NCBI GenBank assembly: GCA_043799175.1
Contig: JAZDOA010000156.1
Span: forward strand, 1,242 to 65,241
DNA: 64,000 bases
Direction: 5' to 3'
Source: Pseudomonadota bacterium
Lineage (GTDB): Bacteria; Desulfobacterota; JAZDOA01
The notes beneath the pieces are model-generated. The model saw only the letters and a list, made by a program, of their open reading frames with translations. It had not been told where the DNA came from and did not search any database. Below, one piece after another: positions 38,795 through 47,383 of the stretch. The first letter of the stretch is position 1. Each line of letters starts with the position of its first letter. Position numbers and translations under genes: made by a program.

Positions 38795-39257
38795 CTTACT
38801 CGTCGTGGACGATGAGAGTTCCGTGATCAGCAGCCTGCGACGGGTCATGAGAGGGGAAAACTACAAGATCCTCTCCGCGGCGAGCGGCGCGGAGGCCCTG
38901 GCCATCCTGGCCGAACAGCCGGTGAGCCTGATCCTGTGCGATTTGGGAATGCCCGGGATGACCGGCTTCGAGCTGCTGGAAATCGTGAAGAAACGCTATC
39001 CCACGGTTGTTCGTACCATTCTGAGTGACCAGACCAGGGTCGGCACCCTCTTGTGGGCTATCAACGAGGGGGAGGTTTACCGGTTTTTCACCAAGCCCTG
39101 GGACAACGACGAGATGCGAGATTCGCTGCGCCGCGTGGTCTGCCACGCCGATCTCGTTGCGGAGGCGGACCGACTGGCCACGTGGCTGGAAGAGCGGAAG
39201 GACATTCTGCGGCAACTCCTGGATGGCCCGGACGAAGAAACCCCGGTGGCATACTAA
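38784..39257 (+). CDS. Single-domain response regulator (CheY-like receiver)
   Basis: LLVVDDE...D(54)LGMPGMTGFELL...K-P receiver motifs; 157 aa; overlaps the kinase stop. Confidence 0.85.
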   Translation: MPRNLLVVDDESSVISSLRRVMRGENYKILSAASGAEALAILAEQPVSLILCDLGMPGMTGFELLEIVKKRYPTVVRTILSDQTRVGTLLWAINEGEVYRFFTKPWDNDEMRDSLRRVVCHADLVAEADRLATWLEERKDILRQLLDGPDEETPVAY

Positions 39258-39353
39258 GCATTACCGCAATCAAGTACCAGCAGCCCGTCGGAGGAAGCGG
39301 GCAAAAAAACAAGAACAGAGAGGGGCGGGCCGCGAGGTCTGCCGGGAGGCCCC

Positions 39354-40649
39354 ATGGATCAAGAGGAAAGCCGTAAGCATACCGTTCTGTTCGTCGATGA
39401 TGAACGAAACGTGCTCAACTCCATCGAACGCCTTCTGCGCAAAGAAAACTTCAGTGTCCTCACCGCCGAGAGCGGCCCGCAGGGCCTGGAAATCCTGGCT
39501 CGGGAGACCGTCTCGGTGGTGGTGTCCGACCACCGTATACCTGGCATGACCGGAGTGGAGTTCTTGCAGCTGGCGAAGCAGCAGTCTCCAGACAGCCTCC
39601 GCATAATGCTGACCGGCTACGCCGAGACGCAGGCCGCCATGGCCGCCATAAACGAGGGCGGGGTGTATCGCTTTATAACCAAGCCCTGGAACGACCAGGA
39701 GCTGCTGCTGTCCATCAGGGACTTTGTCCGCCAGTATGAACTGGTGATGGATAACCGGAGGCTCTTCGCTCTCACCGAGGAACAGAACCAGCAGTTGCGC
39801 GAGATGAACCAGTCTCTCGATGCAAAGGTGGAGGAGAGGACGCGAGAGATCGCCGAAAAGAACAAGGAACTGGAGCAGCTCTACGACAAGCTGGAAAAGA
39901 GCTTCTTCGACTCCATCCGCGCCTTTCTTTCAATGATCGAGCTCTTCGACCCCCTGCTGGGCGGCCACTCCAAGCGGGTGGCGGCCCTGGCAAGTACCAT
40001 GGCCGCCCGCTGCGGCATGGACAAGCCCGGGCAGGAGTTCGTGGAGATTGCCGCTATCCTGCACGATATCGGACTCATCGGTCTGCCCCGCGAGGTCCTC
40101 ACCAAGCGGGAGGATGAGATGACTCAGGCCGAACTCGCCCTCTTCAAACAGCACCCGGATCTGGGTACCACCGCCTTGGGGGGCATAGACAATCTGGAAA
40201 AAGTGGCGGTGCTCATCAGGACTCATCATGAAAACTATGGGGGGACGGGTTTCCCCCATAGACTGCGCGGCATGGACATTCCCCTGGGGGCCCGGATCAT
40301 CCATGCCGCCAGCGCCTACGACGACCTGGTCACGAGGCATCGGCTCAATAAGGCCTCGGCCTGCGAGCAGATCAAGGTCAGGAGTGGGAACGAGCTTGAC
40401 CCCGAGGTGGTCTACCACCTGCTGGGCGTGGTGCGGGCCACGGAACATACCACCCGCCGAGAGACCATCGTGCCTCTGGATAAACTGGAGTCGGGCATGG
40501 TTCTGTCTCGAAGCCTCAAGACCGTGGGCGGCAGGCTGCTGCTCCCGGGAAAGTCGGTGATAAGGCAGACCCACATAGAAAAAATAAAGTGTTTCGCGCG
40601 GATAGACCCGGTCGAGGGGGGAATATACGTATTCGTTCCGGATGCCTGA
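39354..40649 (+). CDS. Response regulator with HD-GYP phosphohydrolase domain (RpfG-like c-di-GMP phosphodiesterase)
   Basis: N-terminal REC (VLFVDDE...VSDHRIPGMTG), coiled-coil linker, and HD-GYP domain (HSKRVA...LHDIGLIGLP...HHENYGGTGFP). Confidence 0.85.
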   Translation: MDQEESRKHTVLFVDDERNVLNSIERLLRKENFSVLTAESGPQGLEILARETVSVVVSDHRIPGMTGVEFLQLAKQQSPDSLRIMLTGYAETQAAMAAINEGGVYRFITKPWNDQELLLSIRDFVRQYELVMDNRRLFALTEEQNQQLREMNQSLDAKVEERTREIAEKNKELEQLYDKLEKSFFDSIRAFLSMIELFDPLLGGHSKRVAALASTMAARCGMDKPGQEFVEIAAILHDIGLIGLPREVLTKREDEMTQAELALFKQHPDLGTTALGGIDNLEKVAVLIRTHHENYGGTGFPHRLRGMDIPLGARIIHAASAYDDLVTRHRLNKASACEQIKVRSGNELDPEVVYHLLGVVRATEHTTRRETIVPLDKLESGMVLSRSLKTVGGRLLLPGKSVIRQTHIEKIKCFARIDPVEGGIYVFVPDA

Positions 40650-41101
40650 GCGTGGTGAGTCATAATTTCATTCACCGATGGCCGTCGATGGGCGGCGCGA
40701 TTTCCGCGTGCTCGCTCCTCGCCGACCGGGCGGCAGGGCCGCCTGCCAGACTCCGGCACCTGAGACAGGTGGCCATTATTGATGTGCTTCCGAAGGCGCC
40801 GGCACCTGTCGGCGTTGCCGACAGGCCATGGTTGCAGCCGCCCTCCCTTCGGCGTGGAATTAACGTCAGACCTACCCGAGGGCGGAGTGTGCTTGGCGCG
40901 GCTCGCGCCCGCCTCGGGATCGACTCGTCGCTGTGCTGCGGTCTCGCTTGCCCCTCGACGCCCAATTCAGGGCCAGCGCTGCCATTGTTTATGGTTTTTA
41001 ACGACTATGGCCACGAGAGAGGTGCAGCGCCAGAGCATAGAGCCTTCTAATAACTCAGTACACTGCGGCCCGTTGCTAGCGGCCCGACTTGAGACGGGCG
41101 G

Positions 41102-42172
41102 CTACGGCCAGAGAAACCTGCCGTCTTTCTGGATCGGCGTGCTGTCGAGGTGGATCTCGCCGCCCTGGCGAAGGTCTTTGATCATGTCCCAGTGCAGGGC
41201 ACTGTCGTTGAGGGAGCCGGTTTCGGGGTAGCCCTTGCCGAGGGCCAGGTGAATGGTGCCGCCGATCTTTTCATCGAACAGGGTGTCTTTGGTGAAGCGC
41301 TCGATGGCATAGTTGAACCCTACTCCGAACTCGCCGATACGACGCGAGCCGGCGTCCATGTCGAGCATGGAGTGGAGAAAGTCCGCGTTCTTTTCCGCCG
41401 AGGCATCCACCACCCGGCCGCCCTTGAAGGTGAGTCGCACCCCGGTGACTTCTCGGGCGTTGTAGATGGCCGGGAACTCGTAGTAGATCGTCCCCTCGGT
41501 GGAATCTTCCACCGGAGCCGTGAAAACCTCGCCGTCCGGCATATTGCTTTGGCCTGAGCACTTGGCCGCCTTGCGCCCCTCGATGGAGAAGCGAAGATCG
41601 GTCTCCCGCCCCAGGATTCGTACCGACCTGCTTGATTCCAGCAGCAGCTTCAGGCGCTCTTCCTCGCGGTCCACCGCCTCCCAGTCTATGTTGGTGGCCC
41701 GGTAGAAGAAGTCTTCATATTCGGCCAGGGACATCTCGGCCTCCTGAGCCAGGGCGTTGGTGGGGAAGTTGGTCAGTACCCAGCGCTTTTCATCAATGAC
41801 AATGTCCTTCCACGGTTTTAGGGCCGCCTGACGGGCCGAGACCCGCTCCGCCGGGACGCCGGAGAGCAGCTTGCGGTTGAGGGGGGCGCGGATATTGACG
41901 TAACAGTCTATATGTTGGGCCTGATAGAGCCTGACCGGCGACAGATGCCGGACCTGCTCCATGCTGCCCTGATTCAACAGGATGGCGTCTGCCTCCTCGA
42001 AGCCGACCTCCAGGAGCGGGTGTCCTCCGTTCCTCAACACCTCCTCGAAGACCACCAGGCCCAGAGGCTTGCCGGCCTCGGTGCAGGAGATGAGAACGGT
42101 TTCACCTTCCTTGACCTTCAGGGAGTAGCCCACCAGTATCGCCGCCAGGCGGTCCGTCCGCGGGTCTGCCAT
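41102..42172 (-). CDS. Aminopeptidase, M29 (AmpS/PepS/aminopeptidase T) family
   Basis: 356 aa with M29 family conserved blocks (HLALG...TGSLNDSALHWDMI). Confidence 0.8.
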   Translation of the reverse strand: MADPRTDRLAAILVGYSLKVKEGETVLISCTEAGKPLGLVVFEEVLRNGGHPLLEVGFEEADAILLNQGSMEQVRHLSPVRLYQAQHIDCYVNIRAPLNRKLLSGVPAERVSARQAALKPWKDIVIDEKRWVLTNFPTNALAQEAEMSLAEYEDFFYRATNIDWEAVDREEERLKLLLESSRSVRILGRETDLRFSIEGRKAAKCSGQSNMPDGEVFTAPVEDSTEGTIYYEFPAIYNAREVTGVRLTFKGGRVVDASAEKNADFLHSMLDMDAGSRRIGEFGVGFNYAIERFTKDTLFDEKIGGTIHLALGKGYPETGSLNDSALHWDMIKDLRQGGEIHLDSTPIQKDGRFLWP

Positions 42173-42624
42173 CAGCCGTTGTCCTCCTCGATCAAGGGGG
42201 GTTCGAGCTTGACCGTCTCCGGCCCTTCGGCCAGCCTGGGTCCCTTGCAGGCCATTATATACGCTGGCTCATCGCCCGTGTTCTTGTAGGCGTGCCCGAC
42301 CCCGGCCGCCAGGCGCAGGAGGCGCCCCTCCCCACCGACGCTCTCTCGCCGCACCCGGCCGTCTTCTTCCCAGACGACGAGCGCCCGGCCGCCGAAAAAG
42401 AAGAGGTATTCCTCTCTGGTGGGATGCGCATGATTGCCGCGGACCTGCCCCGGCACGCTGGCCACGATGTGCAGGCTGGTCATGTCTATCGGGACGTCTT
42501 CCGGCAGTAAGGCGGCCCAACCGCCCCTGGCGTCCTTCCTGACCACTCCGGACAGAAACTCGCTCCGCTCCCGCGCCATGCTTCCTCCCCCGCATTTGTA
42601 CGATGAGGCTGATATTCTCGGCAA
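42172..42624 (-). CDS. Cupin-domain protein
   Basis: Cupin motifs G(X)5HxH...(HAHPTREEYLFFFGG) and a second His motif (GHAYKNTGDEP); the real start may be the internal MARERSEF. Confidence 0.65.
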   Translation of the reverse strand: MPRISASSYKCGGGSMARERSEFLSGVVRKDARGGWAALLPEDVPIDMTSLHIVASVPGQVRGNHAHPTREEYLFFFGGRALVVWEEDGRVRRESVGGEGRLLRLAAGVGHAYKNTGDEPAYIMACKGPRLAEGPETVKLEPPLIEEDNG

Positions 42625-42782
42625 AGCTGGTGTATTGTCAAGCTCGGTTTAATTATCAGCCGAAATCGGCTGGTGACTCAGCCGCCTACTTGGGTGGGCA
42701 TGTTTTTCTGAGTTGTCAAAGTGGTACACAAAGTGCGATACGCGAACAAAGCCACGATGGAGCCAAACGAGCGGAGGTCCTG

Positions 42783-44066
42783 ATGGCCAGCATTGAAGGT
42801 ATCAGAATACGGAACTTCCGCGCCCTGCGCGACGTAACACTGGGTAAGTTATGGCAGCTGCAAAAGGCCGCTCCCCTGACTCCCATGACCGCCGTTATCG
42901 GGAAAAATGGCGTCGGCAAAAGCACGATTTTCGATGCCTTCAGTTTCCTGGCGGATTGCCTGAAAACCGGCGTGGAAGAGGCTTGTGACCTGCGCGGGCG
43001 CGGAGGGTTTGATCGCATCAGGTCGCAAGGGGAAGCGGGGGGCATCGAGTTTGAAGTTTATTACAGGGAATATTTGAAGGCGCGGCCTATCACCTATGAG
43101 CTTGCCGTTGACCTGGATTCTAAGGGGCGCCCCTACGTTCAGAAGGAAAGACTCCGCCAGAGACGAGAAGGGCAATTCCACGGCAGGCCTTTCTCTTTCC
43201 TTTGGCTTGAGAATGGTAAGGGCATTGCCTGGAAAGGGGAGAGAGGAGGGGTTGACGAAAAAGAACAGCAGATGGATCTCTCGGGGATCATCAAGCGTAT
43301 CGAAAAAGGAGAGGACGAAGAGGAGAGCAGGGAAACCGAAATTGTCGAACTCGATGACAAACGCAAGCTTGGCATCGCCACGCTTGGTGCACTCAAACAG
43401 CATCCTCGAATTTCAAAGTTCCGCCGCTTCATTGAAGGTTGGTATCTGAGCTACTTCAGGCCTGACTCCGCCCGTGGTCTCCCGCTTGCGGGTCCCCAAA
43501 AACATTTGAATATCCATGGGGATAATCTCGGTAATGTGGTTCAGTTCATGGAACGCGAGCATCCGAAGCGGTTTAAATCAATCTTGGAGGCAATAGCGGC
43601 AAAAATTCCAGGTATCGACAAGATAGACACCGTAAAAACTCCGGATGGAAGGCTGTTGCTTCGGTTCAACGACAAGGGGTTCAAGGATCCCTTCTATGCA
43701 CAACAGATGTCTGATGGCACTTTGAAAGTGTTCGCTTACCTCCTGCTCCTCAATGATCCTACTCCACCACCATTCTTGTGCGTGGAGGAACCCGAAAATG
43801 GATTGTACCACAAACTTCTTGAGACCCTTGCAAAGGAGTTCCGCGAACACGCCGCTCAAAGAGGCGGGTCACAGGTATTCGTTACCACGCACCAGCCCTA
43901 TTTCGTGGACGCGCTGAATCCTGACGAAGTATGGGTGATGGAAAAGGGAACCGACGGGTTCGCGACCATCAAACGAGCGAGCGAAGATCCACTTGTGAAC
44001 AATTTGGTAAGCGAAGGTATCCCCCTTGGCGGACTCTGGTACAGCGATTATTTGGATGCAAGGTGA
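42783..44066 (+). CDS. ABC/SMC-type AAA ATPase (AAA_15/AAA_21-like; RecF/OLD-ATPase-like), candidate defence ATPase
   Basis: ATG at 42783 with GGAGG 7 nt upstream. Walker A GKNGVGKST, signature-like QMSDGTLK, Walker B/D-loop FLCVEEPENGLH and H-loop VFVTTHQP. GC about 48-50% against about 63% in the flanks. Confidence 0.8.
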   Translation: MASIEGIRIRNFRALRDVTLGKLWQLQKAAPLTPMTAVIGKNGVGKSTIFDAFSFLADCLKTGVEEACDLRGRGGFDRIRSQGEAGGIEFEVYYREYLKARPITYELAVDLDSKGRPYVQKERLRQRREGQFHGRPFSFLWLENGKGIAWKGERGGVDEKEQQMDLSGIIKRIEKGEDEEESRETEIVELDDKRKLGIATLGALKQHPRISKFRRFIEGWYLSYFRPDSARGLPLAGPQKHLNIHGDNLGNVVQFMEREHPKRFKSILEAIAAKIPGIDKIDTVKTPDGRLLLRFNDKGFKDPFYAQQMSDGTLKVFAYLLLLNDPTPPPFLCVEEPENGLYHKLLETLAKEFREHAAQRGGSQVFVTTHQPYFVDALNPDEVWVMEKGTDGFATIKRASEDPLVNNLVSEGIPLGGLWYSDYLDAR

Positions 44067-44071
44067 AGCCG

Positions 44072-44731
44072 ATGCACTTTGAAATACTTGTCGAAGATCA
44101 GTCTGGGAAACGAATGCTTGACGTACTTGTTCCCAAATTCATCGGCACTGAGCACACATGCGTGGTTCACGCCTACAAGGGTATCGGGCATATTCCCAAA
44201 GACCTCAGAGGGAAGGCTGACCCGAGCAAGCGCATTCTTCTTGATCGGCTTCCCAAACTGCTCCGAGGGCACGGAAAGACGTTTGCCGGCTATGGCAAAG
44301 ACTACCATGCCGCCGTCGTGGTGGTGTGCGACCTGGATGATAAGTGCCTGAAAGTATCTCGTCAGGAGCTATTGGGCGTCCTCAATGCCTGCAACCCCAA
44401 GCCCAACACCCGCTTTTGCTTCGCGGTTGAGGAAGGTGAAGCCTGGTTCTTGGGTGACCTGAACGCTGTCAGAAGGGCTTATCCCCGGGCCAGGGACAGC
44501 GTACTTCATTCCTACCGGAATGACGAAGTCTGTGGGACATGGGAGAAACTGGCCGATGCCGTATATCCCGGCGGAGCCGCAAAGCTATCCGGTAAGGGCC
44601 GGCAAGCAGTAGGCAAAGAGAAGTCCCGGTGGGCCGAGGCCATCACACCCCATATGGACGTCTCAAACAGTAGCTCGCCGAGCTTTTGCTACTTTCGTGA
44701 CAAGCTGCGGGAACTGGCGCGGCGCGGTTGA
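44072..44731 (+). CDS. Small TOPRIM-like protein (resembles DUF4276 / OLD-nuclease C-terminal module), partner of the upstream ATPase
   Basis: ATG at 44072, 5 nt after the ATPase stop. N-terminal EILVEDQSG (TOPRIM Glu) and VVVVCDLDD (DxD) motifs plus a conserved AVEEGEAWFLGD block; 219 aa; low GC like the ATPase. Confidence 0.7.
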   Translation: MHFEILVEDQSGKRMLDVLVPKFIGTEHTCVVHAYKGIGHIPKDLRGKADPSKRILLDRLPKLLRGHGKTFAGYGKDYHAAVVVVCDLDDKCLKVSRQELLGVLNACNPKPNTRFCFAVEEGEAWFLGDLNAVRRAYPRARDSVLHSYRNDEVCGTWEKLADAVYPGGAAKLSGKGRQAVGKEKSRWAEAITPHMDVSNSSSPSFCYFRDKLRELARRG

Positions 44732-44767
44732 TGGACCACATGCCGGCAATCCGCCCCAGGTTCCCTT

Positions 44768-45598
44768 ATGCCCGAGCTCCCCGAAGTTGAGACCATAGCC
44801 CGCGACCTGCGCGCCCAGAACCTGCCCGGAAGCAGGGTGGAAGAGGCGATAATCCTCCATCCCAAAATCATTCGGGGCGGGGCGACCCCGTTCGCGCGGG
44901 GACTTAGGGGGACGACGGTTGCCTCGGTCGGCCGCCACGGCAAGCTACTCCTCATTGATCTCAATTGCGAACCCGACGGCGGCCTAGTCCTCACCGTACA
45001 CCTGGGGATGACCGGCCAGCTCACCCTGGTGCCGGAAGGCACGCCCCTGGCCAGCCACACCCACGCCGTATTCGGCCTGAACGACGGCCGGCAGCTCCGC
45101 TTCCGCGACATTCGCCGTTTTGGCCGGCTGGCCCTGCTCGGCGGCCGGGAGGCCCAGGAGGTACTCAAAAGAGACCTCGGGCCGGACGCCCTGGAAATAG
45201 GCGAGGAAGATTTGGCCTCCCTGCTTCGGTCCCGCCGGGTTGGCATAAAGACCCTGTTGCTGAACCAGCGACTGCTGGCGGGCGTGGGCAACATCTACGC
45301 CAACGAGATACTCTTCGCGGCCAGAATAAACCCCTGGCGCGCGGCGGGCGGGCTGAGCGGCGAGGAGGTCCACCGGCTCCACCATGCCCTAAAAACAGTA
45401 CTCTCGGCGGCCATCGAGGGTCGGGGGTCTACCATTTCTGACTACGCCGACGTCTCGGGGCGCGCCGGGAACTTTCAGACCCGCCACCAGGTGTACCGCA
45501 AGGAGCGTTGCCCCTCGTGCGGCGGGCCGATCCTGCGGGTGGCAGGCGGAGGGCGCCCTACATTTTATTGCCCCGCCTGCCAGCCGGCTATTTTTTGA
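44768..45598 (+). CDS. mutM: Formamidopyrimidine-DNA glycosylase
   Basis: N-terminal MPELPEVE catalytic motif, H2TH domain and C-terminal zinc finger CPSCGGPI...CPACQ; 276 aa. Confidence 0.95.
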   Translation: MPELPEVETIARDLRAQNLPGSRVEEAIILHPKIIRGGATPFARGLRGTTVASVGRHGKLLLIDLNCEPDGGLVLTVHLGMTGQLTLVPEGTPLASHTHAVFGLNDGRQLRFRDIRRFGRLALLGGREAQEVLKRDLGPDALEIGEEDLASLLRSRRVGIKTLLLNQRLLAGVGNIYANEILFAARINPWRAAGGLSGEEVHRLHHALKTVLSAAIEGRGSTISDYADVSGRAGNFQTRHQVYRKERCPSCGGPILRVAGGGRPTFYCPACQPAIF

Positions 45599-46268
45599 GC
45601 AGCTCCTTTTCGGCGGGGCCGACCTCCGTGGGCAAGGCATTTTCCGGGAGCCTGGAGCAGACCTGGTCCCGCCCGGCGTGCTTGGCCTGGTAGAGGGCGG
45701 CGTCGGCCAGCTCGATGAACTGGACCTGGGTCAGGGGATCCAGATAGCGCAGGCAGGCGGCCCCGGCGCTGATGGTGACGCGTATGGGCGTCTCCCTGTA
45801 GAGGATCTTGCGTCGCTTCAGGGCGCGCCGTATGCGCTCGACGATGCGCTCGCCCTCCTCGAGAGTGGTCGAGGGCAGAATAATGGCGAACTCCTCGCCG
45901 CCGTAGCGGCATACGATGTCCATGGCCCTGGTGCCCGCCTTGATTACCGCCGCCGCCTCCTGCAGGACGGTATTTCCCGCCTCGTGACCGTAGTTGTCGT
46001 TGACCAGCTTGAAATGGTCGAGGTCCAGCATGATGAGGCCGCAAGGTGCCCCGGTGCGCCGCACCCGCTCCATTTCTATCTCGAGCTGCTCCTGAAAGTA
46101 GCGGTAGTTGTGCAGGCCGGTGAGGGGGTCTATCAGCGACAGCTCCCGCAGGCGCTCGTTCTCGGCCCGGAGATCCGCCACTTGGCGCAGGAGCTGGTCA
46201 TGCGCCAAGCGGCGCTCCGGGGGGAGGGTCGCGGGCTTTTTGGTCCTGTCAGCCGGCTTGCCGGACAA
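45588..46268 (-). CDS. GGDEF-domain diguanylate cyclase
   Basis: Coiled-coil N-terminus followed by GGDEF domain (DPLTGLHN...RYGGEEFAIILP); 226 aa. Confidence 0.85.
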   Translation of the reverse strand: MSGKPADRTKKPATLPPERRLAHDQLLRQVADLRAENERLRELSLIDPLTGLHNYRYFQEQLEIEMERVRRTGAPCGLIMLDLDHFKLVNDNYGHEAGNTVLQEAAAVIKAGTRAMDIVCRYGGEEFAIILPSTTLEEGERIVERIRRALKRRKILYRETPIRVTISAGAACLRYLDPLTQVQFIELADAALYQAKHAGRDQVCSRLPENALPTEVGPAEKELLKK

Positions 46269-47383
46269 CCCTGCTCTCCGCGGAGGCCCAGTGCAGATAG
46301 CTTTGCACGAAGGGGTCCAGGAAGCCGTCCAGGACGGCGTCCACGTTACCCATTTCCTCCGAGGTCCGGTGGTCTTTCACCAGCCGGTAGGGCTGCAGGA
46401 CATAAGAGCGGATCTGGGAGCCCCAGGCGATGTCCTTCTTGTTGTCGTGCAACTCCTGCTTCTTGCGGGCCTGCTCCTCCCGCTCCTTGTCGTAGAGCCG
46501 GGAGCGGAGCACCTTCATGGCTATGTCACGGTTGCGGTGCTGAGACTTCTCGTTCTGGCACTGCACGACTATGCCCGTGGGCAGGTGGGTTATGCGGACC
46601 GCCGACGAGGTCTTGTTCACGTGCTGCCCGCCGGCCCCGCTGGCCCGGAAGGTGTCGACCCTCAGGTCCGATTCCTTGACGTCTATGACGATCTGTTCGT
46701 CTATTTCGGGGTAGACGAACACCGAGGCAAACGAGGTATGGCGGCGGCCGCTGGCGTCGAAGGGGGAGATGCGCACCAGCCGGTGCACGCCCGTTTCGCC
46801 GCGAAGGTAGCCGTAGGCATACGGGCCGCGTACCATGAAGGTCACGCCCTTGATCCCAGCCTCCTCACCCGGCTGCTCGTCGAACAACTCCGACTTCATG
46901 GAGTGGCGCTCGGCCCAGCGCAGGTACATCCGCAGCAGCATCTGGGTCCAGTCCTGGGCCTCGGTCCCGCCGGCACCGGAATGAATGAGCACGATGGCAT
47001 TGTTGGGGTCGTTCTCGTCGCTCATCACCTGGCGCAGTTCCATCTCCTGGATCCGCGGCTCGATCTGCTTGAGCTGAAGCCTGACCTCGTCAACCGTGGC
47101 CGCGTCGGATTCAGCGACCGCCATCTCCAGCAGCAGGGCCGCTTCCTCGGTGCTGGTCTTGGCGTTCTCCCACTCCGCCACGGTCTGTTGGAGGCCCTTG
47201 CGCTCGCGCTGCAAGGTCTTTTGTCGTTCCAGGTCGCTCCAGACCTCCTGGCGCGACATGAGGGAGTCTACCTCGGCGAGCCGCTGCTTCTTGGCATCTA
47301 AGTCAAAGGCAGCCTCCGAGCCGGCCCAGTTGAAAATCCAGTTCCCGAATCTTCTGCTGCAAGTCATCGACTATTATGGTCAT
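46249..47383 (-). CDS. prfB: Peptide chain release factor 2, with programmed +1 frameshift
   Basis: Frame 0 from ATG at 47383 (MTIIVDDLQQKIRELDFQLGRLGGCL) ends at in-frame TGA inside CTT TGA C (minus-strand codon at 47305-47303) preceded by GGAGG. The +1 frame then continues as DLDAKKQRL...SPFD...GGQHVNKT to 46249. The ORF-track entry (46249-47367) begins in the shifted frame. Confidence 0.9.

Noticed and set aside
37379-38848. 489-aa minus-strand ORF antisense to the histidine kinase
   Set aside because: Antisense artefact; the plus strand carries clear PAS/HisKA/HATPase motifs.
42625-42782. Possible promoter or operator (TTGTCA...CAAAGTG x2, hairpin CAGCCGAAATCGGCTG) upstream of the ATPase gene
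   Set aside because: There is no convincing -10 element at proper spacing. The region is a divergent intergenic stretch shared with the cupin gene, so the assignment would be speculative.
45678-47301. Plus-strand ORFs 45678-46679 and 46108-47301 overlapping the GGDEF and prfB genes
   Set aside because: Opposite to two motif-rich genes; Arg/Gly/Pro-rich translations.
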